A stretch of DNA of 64,000 bases from an uncultured Bdellovibrionales bacterium (GCA_964543815.1 CAZIZG010000005.1:9424-73423); one strand, 5' to 3'. Shown: positions 44,362 through 52,945, counted from the stretch's first letter. Numbers and translations: made by a program. Notes: a model not told the origin generated them from the sequence alone.

Positions 44362-45507
44362 ATGCTGACGCTCCTGACATTTGTTATTCTCCTGGGTATC
44401 CTCGTGTTTGTTCATGAGTTGGGACATTTCCTAACTGCCAAAAGAAATGGTATCGCTGTAGACGAGTTTGGCTTCGGGTTTCCACCGAGACTACTCGGAG
44501 TGGTAAAAAACGAGACTGGGCGGTATCAGCTGGTATGGGGGAATAAGGAGATGCCGACTGGAGAGACCGTGTACTCACTTAACTGGATTCCGCTAGGCGG
44601 GTTTGTGAAGATTGTGGGTGAAGATGGTCACGATACGAATAATCCAACGAGCTTTGCTGGTAAATCAGCTTGGACGCGGATTAAGGTGCTCGGGGCGGGG
44701 GTGGCCATGAACTTCCTCTTAGCCTGGGTCCTGTTCTCCGTTGTGTTCATGCTGGGACTGCCTCAACCGATTGATTCAAGTGAACATGGCAAATATCCTG
44801 ATGCTAAGATTCAAATTCTTTCGGTTGGGAAAGGTACACCGGCTGAAGCGATGGGACTCAGTATGGGGGATGCCATTGTTTCCCTCAATGGTCAACCGGT
44901 GGAGAGTCTGGAGCAGATTGCTGAGGGTATTGCTTCCCATAAGGGCGAGAGTATAACAATTGGCGTTGATCGATTTGGTCAGATACTTACTCTCTCTGGT
45001 ACGCCACGTCTTGATTATCCAGTGAGTGAGGGTGCTCTCGGGATTTCTTTTTCTGAGACGGCCGTGGTTTCGTACCCGTGGTATGAGGCAATCTATCAGG
45101 GAGCACTCAGTACGTATCATATTACCGTCGCTATTCTCGAGGCGTTTGGGAAAATGATTGCCTCTCTCTGGAGTGCTGAGAAGACCCCTCTTGATGTTAC
45201 TGGTCCGGTTGGGATTGTGTATCTTACTAAACAGATGAGTGATCTCGGGTTGCCGTATCTCCTCCAGTTTGCGGCTCTCCTTTCCATCAATCTCGGCATC
45301 ATTAATATTCTGCCCATCCCGGCACTCGACGGTGGCCGCATCCTCTTTATTCTTATTGAGCGTCTCAAGGGGAGTCCCGTCAGTCGACAAGTCGAAGGTA
45401 TCATTCACCAAGTAGGGTTTATCGCCCTTCTACTCCTCATGCTTTTTGTCACCATTCGGGATTTTTCCCAGTTTCAGATTCTTGATAAGTTGACCCGTCT
45501 CTTCTAG
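44362..45507 (+). CDS. rseP: RIP site-2 metalloprotease RseP (M50 family) with PDZ domain
   Basis: HELGHFLTAK in TM1, a central PDZ domain (GTPAEAMGLSMGDAIVSLNG) and C-terminal LDGG motif (PIPALDGGRILF). Confidence 0.85.
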   Translation: MLTLLTFVILLGILVFVHELGHFLTAKRNGIAVDEFGFGFPPRLLGVVKNETGRYQLVWGNKEMPTGETVYSLNWIPLGGFVKIVGEDGHDTNNPTSFAGKSAWTRIKVLGAGVAMNFLLAWVLFSVVFMLGLPQPIDSSEHGKYPDAKIQILSVGKGTPAEAMGLSMGDAIVSLNGQPVESLEQIAEGIASHKGESITIGVDRFGQILTLSGTPRLDYPVSEGALGISFSETAVVSYPWYEAIYQGALSTYHITVAILEAFGKMIASLWSAEKTPLDVTGPVGIVYLTKQMSDLGLPYLLQFAALLSINLGIINILPIPALDGGRILFILIERLKGSPVSRQVEGIIHQVGFIALLLLMLFVTIRDFSQFQILDKLTRLF

Positions 45508-45578
45508 CGATAAAAAAGCTTTAGAAAAGCCTCAATCCGTACTCATGCGGGAGGGGCTTTTCTTCTTTCTTGGCTCTA

Positions 45579-45607
45579 TTGACATTTCCTGTATTTTTTG
45601 GTAATAT
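45579..45607 (+). promoter_or_regulatory. Sigma70-type promoter for the downstream Wzz-like gene
   Basis: TTGACA, 17-nt spacer, TAATAT; preceded by an imperfect hairpin with T-rich tail at about 45521-45572 that probably terminates rseP. Confidence 0.55.
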
Positions 45608-45635
45608 ATAAGGTCTATAAATAGTATCAACATTT

Positions 45636-46301
45636 ATGGGAAATCAGAATCTTTTCGTGTTGCTTCGCTCGAAATTTGGTACCCTGGTCATCTGGGGATT
45701 GCTTTTCGGCGCCTTGGCATTCTTCGGTCTTCTTATGACCGAAAAGCCATTTCAGACCAAGATGGATTTCTTGGTAGTGCAGGCTAATGCGACCAATCAG
45801 GATTTCTATACCCAGTTTAAATCCTCTGAGTATCTGGGCAAGATTTTGTCTGAGGCGGTGTACAGCGATCGCTTTATTGATGCCCTTGTTGAAACTGGCA
45901 AGGTAAATAAAGAATTCCTGCCTTTTGATAAACAGCAACGCCTCGCTACTTGGAGCAAGATGGTCCAGGTTGATAAGAACCTTGAACTCGGTATCATCAG
46001 TGTGACTGTCAAAGGTGATCGTGAACGCGATGTTGCTCGAATCATGGATGGTATCGCCGAGGTACTGACGACGCGCAATTCCCTCTTCCGTGGTGGTGAT
46101 GAAAAGAGCGTGGAGATCCGAATTCTTTCCGGCCCCATTCTTGAGCAGAATCCTGGGATGGCCAAGACACTGAAAGTGGTGCTCGTTGCCTTCCTCGCTG
46201 GACTGTTTGTTTCAGCCTTTGTCATCATCGTGAAAGCTGAATCCAAAACGAAGCCAGTCATTCGTCCGGATGGTCTTCATTTGAACGATACCATAGTCTA
46301 A
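45636..46301 (+). CDS. Wzz/polysaccharide co-polymerase-like protein (paralog 2 of 3)
   Basis: 221 aa with TM helices at both ends; the periplasmic region resembles the proteins at 22446 and 60811 (QANATNQDFYTQFKSSEYLGKIL). Confidence 0.45.
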   Translation: MGNQNLFVLLRSKFGTLVIWGLLFGALAFFGLLMTEKPFQTKMDFLVVQANATNQDFYTQFKSSEYLGKILSEAVYSDRFIDALVETGKVNKEFLPFDKQQRLATWSKMVQVDKNLELGIISVTVKGDRERDVARIMDGIAEVLTTRNSLFRGGDEKSVEIRILSGPILEQNPGMAKTLKVVLVAFLAGLFVSAFVIIVKAESKTKPVIRPDGLHLNDTIV

Positions 46302-46454
46302 GTAATTCCTTGATACTTGTGGCTTTCTGGTCATAAGTATCCTGGGAAGAGAGCGGTGTAGCGTTATCGTCATCACTGCTTTCTTCCTAGGATAGATTCG
46401 AAAGTGTAGTTTAACAATCAGTCTATCAGTTTTCAACTTCAACCTGGAGGTCGT

Positions 46455-47582
46455 ATGACCATGTTTCATAAGCTTTTGCTTCTGATCGTGTACGCGGCCT
46501 TCGCTGGTTGTGCCACGAATCCGCGTTTTGCCACTGAACTGCCCGCGAGTCATATCTCGGGTCAGAAGGTGTGTGAAGTGCCACAGCATTGGGAGGCGCT
46601 GGCGCTGAAAGGCGTCAATATGAAGTCGCTTACCAAGGCGAATGTGATTCAAGTGAGGATTCCGCCACAATGGGTGGGGGATGCGCTCGGGTGGTTTGTC
46701 GAGAGCGAGGAAGCTCGTACACTCGAACACTATCCGCGTATGACATGGCAAGCGCTGGTGGTAAATCAGCGTGGCGAGAAACAGATGTTTCCCGCCGTCA
46801 TGAAGAACCCGCTCGTTTCACCGATACTGACGATCATCATTGCAGACCCGGCATTTTCGATGGGGGATGAAGTGAACGTGTATGTGCCATCGGGCGCCTA
46901 CACCAAGCTTCTGACTACCACCGGTGATATGCTGCGTCTACCGATGAGTATGGACTGCCTTGGATTGGTTGATGCCGAATTCGTTCGGTCATTTCCGTCC
47001 AAGGCTCGAGTGCTGCCGGCAGGTGAAAGTCTGCTTGCGGGTATTCGGAAGGACTTCTCTGAGCCATCACTGCAAAGCGATGGCACGGTCTATTCCATCA
47101 GTCCGTTGGCGCTCACTCCGCAAGTGGTGGGTGACCTCCGTCAGGTGACACAGGGTGAGCGTATCGCTGAACGTGGTTTGCCGATTGCCTTTCCTCCAGG
47201 ATTGGGCACGGCAATTTCGCTCACTGTTGCTCTCGCGAGCACTGGTGACGATAAGTACGTCGGACCTTTCGGGGAACGGCTGTACTCACCACCTGAGGTG
47301 AATGCTGCGCTCGCTCGATATCTGCGCGTTTACAACTCGCTTAAGAATGACCTGGAATGGCGTCTGGGGATACCTCCTTCGGATGCTGTTGCTCCTCACC
47401 TGACCTTTGACGGACGCAAGTCCGGCTGGGAAATCGGTGAAGAGATGGTCTTTCGAGTGAGGGCCATGTGGGAAGTGCTCGATCAGTTGAAAGAGCGCTT
47501 TCTGTCTCGCACCAAGGAGAAAGGTGCACCTGCAATGAAAGAAGCAACTCAGACCGGGCTGCTTCCGAGCAGCTCACCTTAA
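46455..47582 (+). CDS. Hypothetical lipoprotein (island gene 1)
   Basis: Signal peptide with lipobox-like AAFAGC; GGAGG SD 6 nt upstream; GC-rich codon usage; no catalytic motifs recognised. Confidence 0.5.
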   Translation: MTMFHKLLLLIVYAAFAGCATNPRFATELPASHISGQKVCEVPQHWEALALKGVNMKSLTKANVIQVRIPPQWVGDALGWFVESEEARTLEHYPRMTWQALVVNQRGEKQMFPAVMKNPLVSPILTIIIADPAFSMGDEVNVYVPSGAYTKLLTTTGDMLRLPMSMDCLGLVDAEFVRSFPSKARVLPAGESLLAGIRKDFSEPSLQSDGTVYSISPLALTPQVVGDLRQVTQGERIAERGLPIAFPPGLGTAISLTVALASTGDDKYVGPFGERLYSPPEVNAALARYLRVYNSLKNDLEWRLGIPPSDAVAPHLTFDGRKSGWEIGEEMVFRVRAMWEVLDQLKERFLSRTKEKGAPAMKEATQTGLLPSSSP

Positions 47583-47602
47583 ACCCTTTGGAAGGAGTTC
47601 CC

Positions 47603-49120
47603 ATGAAATGGCTTCCCTCTCTCCTGCTGCTCCTCGGAGCGGCGGGTGCGTGGGCTGGTCAACCACCAGACCACAGGATCGAGCCAGGTGAAACGCTTGG
47701 CAAGATCGCGCAGAAGTACGGTTACGACTACAAGGTGCTTGGCGCCTTCAATGGTCTGACCAATCCGAACAAGATCCAGGCAGGAGCGATGATCCGGTTT
47801 CCGGCTCGTGGTGCCTCGCCTGCGATCAAGTCAGAACTTTCGTGCATTACGCTCGGTGCTGCTCCCTTCAACCCGGAGCACGTACTGAAGCGGACGCTCG
47901 AGGGTATCGACCTGCTTCAGACGCTGACCCCTCAACAACGGGAGTTGGCCAAGAACAAGGTTCTGCTCGGCGAGGTCGCAACGAGGAACGAATTGGTGGG
48001 GCAGCAAATCTTCACGGAAATGTTGTACCAATCCAAGTTCGGCAAGAAGCAAGTGGTGCACGTGTTCGGCAAGCCGATTTGCAGCCCGGAACAAGGGGGG
48101 CAGCCGGAGGTGATGAACACGTATGACCTGGGTGAGGGGGTATTTCTCTCCATCCCACGTCGGTGCGGCAACCCGTCAGTTTTCACCAAGCCGGTGAAGC
48201 CGACAACTCCGCCCCCGCCACCTCCTCCGCCACCAGCTACCACTCCCGATCCGACTCCTCCGGTGACATCACAACCCGATGAACCCGTAGAAGTTGAGCG
48301 GGTGGCACGTGACTACGATTGGGACGCGGGTCTCTTCGTAGGTGGCGACAAGGACGTGCGCTTTGCCGGTGGTGAAGGTGCTGGTTACCCGGTCATCAAG
48401 TATTACGACTGGGGACGCTACGCCCTCGGTGGTGGTGGTTCGTTTAGCCTCTGGAACGGCGGTACGCCTGATGGGTACCGCTACCGGGGTGAAACGGCTG
48501 CCTTTGGTCTGGCTCAGAAGTTTTCGTTCACAGGCGGTCGTGATCTGGGAGTCAAGTTCCCGATGTACGGTGACCTGTGGACGAGGGGTCATGACGCGAG
48601 TGGCAAGTACCAGCAGAAGACGCATGCCAGCATGCTCTGCGCTTCAGTGAGTTATACCGATGCTTCCCGTGAAAAGGAAGGCAAGACGGTGGCTCCCGAG
48701 TGGCAGCTGTGGGCATCGTTCTGCGACCCGTTCTCGCAGACCAAGTCGCACAGTTACGACGGCAAGCCTCTCGATGCGGCGACGATTCCCAACGTGAAGT
48801 ACGTGGCGGGCGTCGGCGGTCGGGTGATTCTGTCGAAGAATCTGGGCGACAGCGGTCTCGCGGCGAAGTTGCAACCGTTTGTGGAAGTGGGTGTCAATCA
48901 GACGGCGCCTAACCCACTCTCTGGACACGCCTACATCGGCCTGCGAACGGTCAACAAGGTGTGGGGTTGTGGAATCGGCGTGCACTACGCTGAGACCGGC
49001 AGTCTCCCCGGAGCTACCTGTACGTACGACCTCGGTCGTGACGTCAAGCTCCGGATCCAGAAGGAACGGTGGGATGCAATGATTCGGAGCCTCGAAGCTC
49101 TGGGTGTTGCTACCGACTGA
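47603..49120 (+). CDS. Secreted LysM-domain protein with poly-proline linker and a C-terminal Gly/Tyr/Trp-rich beta-rich domain (island gene 2)
   Basis: Signal peptide MKWLPSLLLLLGAAGAWA; LysM motif HRIEPGETLGKIAQKYGYDYKVLGAFNGLTNPNKIQAGAMIRFP; PTTPPPPPPPPPATTPDPTPP linker; GGAAGGAG SD. Start at 47603 rather than the ORF-track start. Confidence 0.65.
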   Translation: MKWLPSLLLLLGAAGAWAGQPPDHRIEPGETLGKIAQKYGYDYKVLGAFNGLTNPNKIQAGAMIRFPARGASPAIKSELSCITLGAAPFNPEHVLKRTLEGIDLLQTLTPQQRELAKNKVLLGEVATRNELVGQQIFTEMLYQSKFGKKQVVHVFGKPICSPEQGGQPEVMNTYDLGEGVFLSIPRRCGNPSVFTKPVKPTTPPPPPPPPPATTPDPTPPVTSQPDEPVEVERVARDYDWDAGLFVGGDKDVRFAGGEGAGYPVIKYYDWGRYALGGGGSFSLWNGGTPDGYRYRGETAAFGLAQKFSFTGGRDLGVKFPMYGDLWTRGHDASGKYQQKTHASMLCASVSYTDASREKEGKTVAPEWQLWASFCDPFSQTKSHSYDGKPLDAATIPNVKYVAGVGGRVILSKNLGDSGLAAKLQPFVEVGVNQTAPNPLSGHAYIGLRTVNKVWGCGIGVHYAETGSLPGATCTYDLGRDVKLRIQKERWDAMIRSLEALGVATD

Positions 49121-49262
49121 TAGACACTCCTCTCTCATGTAAAGTCCGAGACAGAATAAGTCTCAAGGCGAGCCTCTCAAGGGGCCGCCTCATAAAAAGT
49201 GTACGCTCTGACGTACTGGCTCATGGAGAGTAGGAAAACAGTCGCGACATCGTTCGCACAAT

Positions 49263-49306
49263 CAGGGCAGGAAGTTCATCCGAACGACCTGCCCTTGATC
49301 TTTTTA
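49263..49306 (+). terminator. Rho-independent terminator after the LysM gene
   Basis: AGGGCAGG / CCTGCCCT stem with 16-nt loop, followed by TTGATCTTTTTATA. Confidence 0.6.
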
Positions 49307-49332
49307 TACCTCCATAAAGCCATAATTTAGAT

Positions 49333-49361
49333 ATTGACAAAACAGGGAAAAGGGTGTATAC
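49333..49361 (+). promoter_or_regulatory. Near-consensus sigma70 promoter for island gene 3
   Basis: TTGACA, 17-nt spacer, TATACT; about 125-nt structured leader before the ATG at 49492. Confidence 0.65.
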
Positions 49362-49491
49362 TGAGTCGTTCAGTGGAAATCTCGTATGAGGTATCTCCTG
49401 AACGGTTTCGAATGTGCCTGAACATCCCAACCTCGGTTGGGTCGATGTGTCAGGCACATCTCATCACCCAACCACGTGCAAGGAGCACACC

Positions 49492-50103
49492 ATGTCGAAG
49501 AAGTTCGTTCTCATCGCTCTGACCGCCATCGCGGCCATCACCACCAATGCCTGGTCCGCTGGTGACCCCCTGAAGGGTGTCGCTGGCTACGATTCGGCAG
49601 GTGGCAGCAGCATCACGCTCACGGCCTCGGCGGTGAAGGACAAGTCCTACACCATCACCATCGCCGGCATGATCGGCGTCACGCCCGACGCGCTGAATGG
49701 CCTGACGCCCTACGCCAAGGTCATGGACGTCCCCCTGAAGAAGGAGGTCGGCCTGTACAAGCTGCCCGAAGGAACCAAGGTGTACGCCATGGGCCTGGGC
49801 CGTGACTGGGGCGACATGAGCGAGGAATTGGCCAAGATCGAGCTGGCCAAGGCCAAGGCCGAAGCCACGCTGGGCGCCGACGGCAAGCTCACCTTCACCT
49901 TCACCAAGGGCGAGGAACGCTGCCGGACGGTCAATTGGGTGGCGGTGCTGCCGGGCGGCGAGCAGCGCGCCTGGGGTGGTCATCCCGGCGCCTGGGTTGC
50001 CAAGAACGTGAACGATTCGCCGCGCACCGCCTGGTGCTTCCAAGGCGACAAGGTCGTCCAGATGGACCAGGCCACCAAGGTGGCGCTGGCCGGCAAGAAG
50101 TAG
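49492..50103 (+). CDS. Hypothetical secreted protein, very GC-rich (island gene 3)
   Basis: 203 aa with signal peptide ending AWSAG; AAGGAG SD 6 nt upstream; strongly GC3-biased codons; the long antisense ORF here is a GC artefact. Confidence 0.55.
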   Translation: MSKKFVLIALTAIAAITTNAWSAGDPLKGVAGYDSAGGSSITLTASAVKDKSYTITIAGMIGVTPDALNGLTPYAKVMDVPLKKEVGLYKLPEGTKVYAMGLGRDWGDMSEELAKIELAKAKAEATLGADGKLTFTFTKGEERCRTVNWVAVLPGGEQRAWGGHPGAWVAKNVNDSPRTAWCFQGDKVVQMDQATKVALAGKK

Positions 50104-50146
50104 CCAAGGCGGCCACAGCAGCTCCGCGTCAGTGACGCGGTTCCAA

Positions 50147-50190
50147 AGGAGTTTCAAAGTACACTGTACTGCGAAACTCCTCTTTTTTTA
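50147..50190 (+). terminator. Rho-independent terminator closing the GC-rich island
   Basis: AGGAGTTTC / GAAACTCCT stem with an internally palindromic loop, followed by a T8 run. Confidence 0.7.
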
Positions 50191-50235
50191 TTCAAAAATA
50201 TCCCCAGGCTACTCTTTTCATCTTGCTTCTTTCCT

Positions 50236-50275
50236 AATTCCTCACTTTCTTACGACCGTGAAAAAGTGAGGAATT
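50236..50275. repeat. Hairpin element A (AATTCCTCACTTT-N14-AAAGTGAGGAATT), 3' of the PaaX-like gene
   Basis: Perfect 13-bp inverted repeat with loop CTTACGACCGTGAA; about 90% identical to the reverse complement of element B. Confidence 0.6.
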
Positions 50276-50278
50276 TAT

Positions 50279-50827
50279 TTATTTGAGTTTGAATAACTTT
50301 TTTAACACCGCTTCGTTGTTTATATATTCGGCCGTAATAATGCGGACAAATGGTTCTGCTTGATAGAGTTTTACGAGAGATGTTATCTCCTTTTCACACG
50401 GGAAGGGAAAGATAAACACACTGTGTTGAAGTTCGTGAAATCCTACCGCTTTGAGATGAGAACGGAAGATATCACGGAATTTTCTGTGTTTTTCCGGGAT
50501 ATCGAAGAGTACTAATCGCCACAAGCTATCCCAATGCTTTGGATTCTTTATCTTTATACCTAAAAGTTGGCCAAGAGTCGCGCGTCGTCTGCCCTCGGTG
50601 GTGAGGTGTAGCGAAACTGATCCATCAGAGTGTTTTTTCTCAAAAATGAGTTGGTGCGAATAAAGTGAACGAACAGTCCTGGTTAGATTTGAGTGGTTGA
50701 TTTTCCGCCATTCTTTGCTGGCTAGGCTGAGTATTCGGAAGCTTTGTTTTGGAGAAGAAGAGCAGCTCAGAGCTATTCCGCTGAGAAGGAGTAAGAGGAC
50801 TTTTTCTTGTGCTGTTCCAGGTTTCAT
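50279..50827 (-). CDS. Short PaaX-family-like transcriptional regulator (wHTH N-terminus plus Cas2-like PaaX_C C-terminus)
   Basis: The C-terminal WRLVLFDIPEKHRKFRDIFRSHLKAVGFHELQHSVFIFPFP fits the PaaX_C/Cas2-like pattern. Start chosen at MKPGTAQ (50827) because the ORF-track N-terminal extension runs through hairpin element B. Confidence 0.55.
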   Translation of the reverse strand: MKPGTAQEKVLLLLLSGIALSCSSSPKQSFRILSLASKEWRKINHSNLTRTVRSLYSHQLIFEKKHSDGSVSLHLTTEGRRRATLGQLLGIKIKNPKHWDSLWRLVLFDIPEKHRKFRDIFRSHLKAVGFHELQHSVFIFPFPCEKEITSLVKLYQAEPFVRIITAEYINNEAVLKKLFKLK

Positions 50828-50837
50828 AATTCTTGCT

Positions 50838-50873
50838 TTCCTCATTTTTTCACGGTCGTGAGAAAATGAGGAA
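50838..50873. repeat. Hairpin element B (TTCCTCATTTT-N14-AAAATGAGGAA), 5' of the PaaX-like gene
   Basis: 11-bp inverted repeat with loop TTCACGGTCGTGAG, the reverse complement of the element A loop (one mismatch). Confidence 0.6.
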
Positions 50874-50903
50874 TTAAAGAAGGAGAAAAGTAGCAACGAA
50901 GAA

Positions 50904-52283
50904 TTATTTTTTTTCTGAATTTTTTTGGTCGGAGAGGGCAAGGAGAGCACCAAAGGCGGTGAAGAACAACCATTGGACTGGCGTGTTTTTGAAAATGTTG
51001 TCCGTTAACGCCGAGAGTTCGAGGGTGACGAAGAAAACAAAGAGGATACCAAAGGCAATCTGGAGGGCGCTGCCCCGACGACTGCTTCGGTAACGGCGAA
51101 TGAGTAGTGTAGCGATAGATCCAAGGTAGGTGATGAGTGCCACGACACCAATGACGCCACCTTCGACATAAAATTTTACCAGATCATTATGGGGATCATT
51201 GGGACCGTGATTGGTACCACGGACACTCTCGGAAATTCTGGGAAAGGTATCCATGCCGGCACCGAGGAGTACTCGATTGTCCTGACGGGTAGCGACGGTA
51301 ACATCGTTCCAGAGAGTCTGACGCCAGACAATCGAGCTATCGGGATCAGGATGAAAGCTTTCAGAAACACGTGATTGGAAACTCGGCGAAAAGACAAAGA
51401 GGACGAAAGGAAACAGAAAAAGAGGAAAGAGGAGTAGTCGGTATCGGAAGAGTGCTACGAGAAAAACAAAGAGAAAGAGGGCGACCCAGGCGACCCGGGC
51501 GAAAGTAAGGAGGAGCATGGTGGCAAAAATACCGAGGATAGCGAGCATGAGGATGCGCTTCAGGCCGCTTTCGGCGAAGAGAACGAGGTACATCACCCCA
51601 AAGACAATCATGGCAAAGAGGTAGAGTGAATAGACGTTCGGGTGACTAAAGGTACCAAAGATGCGGAGAATCGAGACATTTTCATCCGAGAGGCCAATAT
51701 GAAACACAAACTGGTAGAGGCCAAAGAGAATCGGGAGGATGCTCGAGATAAAAAAGGCTTGGAGGAGGTATTGAAAATCACGGGTAGTCCGGATAGTAGC
51801 ATAGGCGAGAAAGCCGAGAGCAAACAAATCAAAGACGCGGAGGAGCTCCTGGAGCGTCACTCGAGGATAGAGGGAGTAGAGGAGGGTGAGTCCACCCCAG
51901 AGAAAAATGACTAAAAAAGGGAAGTTGAGAGGAAAGCGTGGGAGAGTGGCACGCTTCAAGATGAGTACGAGTATTCCAAGGAAGGCAATGCCGACGCCGA
52001 CTAGCTGTGAAAGGGTGAGAGTGATGTCGTAGAGAGTGATACTCACGTACTGTGATGAGTAGTCGAGGGACATACGTACGATGACGAGGAGAAAAAGGAG
52101 GAGGAGTGGGGATTGAAACAAGAGAACAAGCGAAAGTATCCCCACGACAAAAAGTGGCGCGATGAAAAGCGAAAGGTGGAGCACCAGTGAGAGCGCGAGA
52201 CCTACCAGGAGCACAGTTCCGAGTGCTCCAATGAGGAACGGGTGACGAAGGACGGCAAAGGGGTTGTCAGTAGGATTTGTCAT
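50904..52283 (-). CDS. O-antigen ligase/polymerase-family (Wzy_C-like) polytopic membrane protein
   Basis: 459 aa, about 12 TMs with a large extracytoplasmic loop carrying conserved His/Arg (GTNHGPNDPHNDLVKFYVEGG), in a polysaccharide gene neighbourhood. Confidence 0.5.
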   Translation of the reverse strand: MTNPTDNPFAVLRHPFLIGALGTVLLVGLALSLVLHLSLFIAPLFVVGILSLVLLFQSPLLLLFLLVIVRMSLDYSSQYVSITLYDITLTLSQLVGVGIAFLGILVLILKRATLPRFPLNFPFLVIFLWGGLTLLYSLYPRVTLQELLRVFDLFALGFLAYATIRTTRDFQYLLQAFFISSILPILFGLYQFVFHIGLSDENVSILRIFGTFSHPNVYSLYLFAMIVFGVMYLVLFAESGLKRILMLAILGIFATMLLLTFARVAWVALFLFVFLVALFRYRLLLFPLFLFPFVLFVFSPSFQSRVSESFHPDPDSSIVWRQTLWNDVTVATRQDNRVLLGAGMDTFPRISESVRGTNHGPNDPHNDLVKFYVEGGVIGVVALITYLGSIATLLIRRYRSSRRGSALQIAFGILFVFFVTLELSALTDNIFKNTPVQWLFFTAFGALLALSDQKNSEKK

Positions 52284-52291
52284 GATTTCAC

Positions 52292-52945
52292 TTACTGGTG
52301 TTTATCCCAAATGACTGTAAAGGTCATTGGTAGGCCACAGAAACGGTTTTTGATAAGCGTGTAGTTACTGATACCAACTTCAGAAAAAAGACGTCTCAAG
52401 TCAGATTCTGAGAGGAGAGACATATAGTCACCAGCTGCCCAGGATTTGCCAATCCAGGTGACGAAACGATCAAAATTTTTTTTGGAGAGGAGGAGGTGGA
52501 GGAGTGGTATGCGGGTATGGAGTTCAACCGGGAAGTGACGGTTGGGGGTGGTGAGGTAGCCACGGCCACTGATTCGGACGAGCTCCGAAAGGAAGCGCCG
52601 TTGATCATCAAAGTTTCCGACGTGTTCGATAACAGCATTGGAATAGGCGATAGCAAAAGTATCATCCGGAAAGGTTAGGGCTCGGCCATCGCCCGAGAGA
52701 CTGGTGACGAGGGGGTAGCGCTCTTTGAAGGCGGTAAAATCTCCGAGGCCAACGACGGTAATTTTTTCTGGATGCGGATAAAATTTTTCTAAGTAGTTAT
52801 CGGTATCGGAATATTCGGTAGTGTTGACTCCAACATCAACAATAGTCTCCTCTGGTTTTGGGGAGATGAGAGTGAGAAACTGGGTAAATTTTTTCTTCCG
52901 GCTCTCGGCGGAGATAGAGTAGGCGATTCTTTCAATGATAGACAC
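52292..52945 (-). CDS. Class I SAM-dependent methyltransferase
   Basis: Motif I-like IVDVGVN and an acidic motif II/III arrangement of about 217 aa; co-directional with and 8 nt from the ligase-like gene. Confidence 0.55.
   Translation of the reverse strand: MSIIERIAYSISAESRKKKFTQFLTLISPKPEETIVDVGVNTTEYSDTDNYLEKFYPHPEKITVVGLGDFTAFKERYPLVTSLSGDGRALTFPDDTFAIAYSNAVIEHVGNFDDQRRFLSELVRISGRGYLTTPNRHFPVELHTRIPLLHLLLSKKNFDRFVTWIGKSWAAGDYMSLLSESDLRRLFSEVGISNYTLIKNRFCGLPMTFTVIWDKHQ

Noticed and set aside
49450-50157. 235-aa minus-strand ORF in the GC-rich island
   Set aside because: Long antisense ORFs are expected by chance in GC-rich DNA. The plus-strand gene has an SD, a signal peptide and sensible codon periodicity.
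50236-50878. Possible CRISPR or array-type repeat
   Set aside because: There are only two copies, each a self-complementary hairpin in inverted orientation, with no spacer-repeat periodicity. I treated them as flanking inverted elements instead.
50828-50953. N-terminal extension of the PaaX-like ORF
   Set aside because: The extension reads through hairpin element B and overlaps the 3' end of the upstream gene. An internal ATG with an AGGAAA spacer gives a domain-sized protein.
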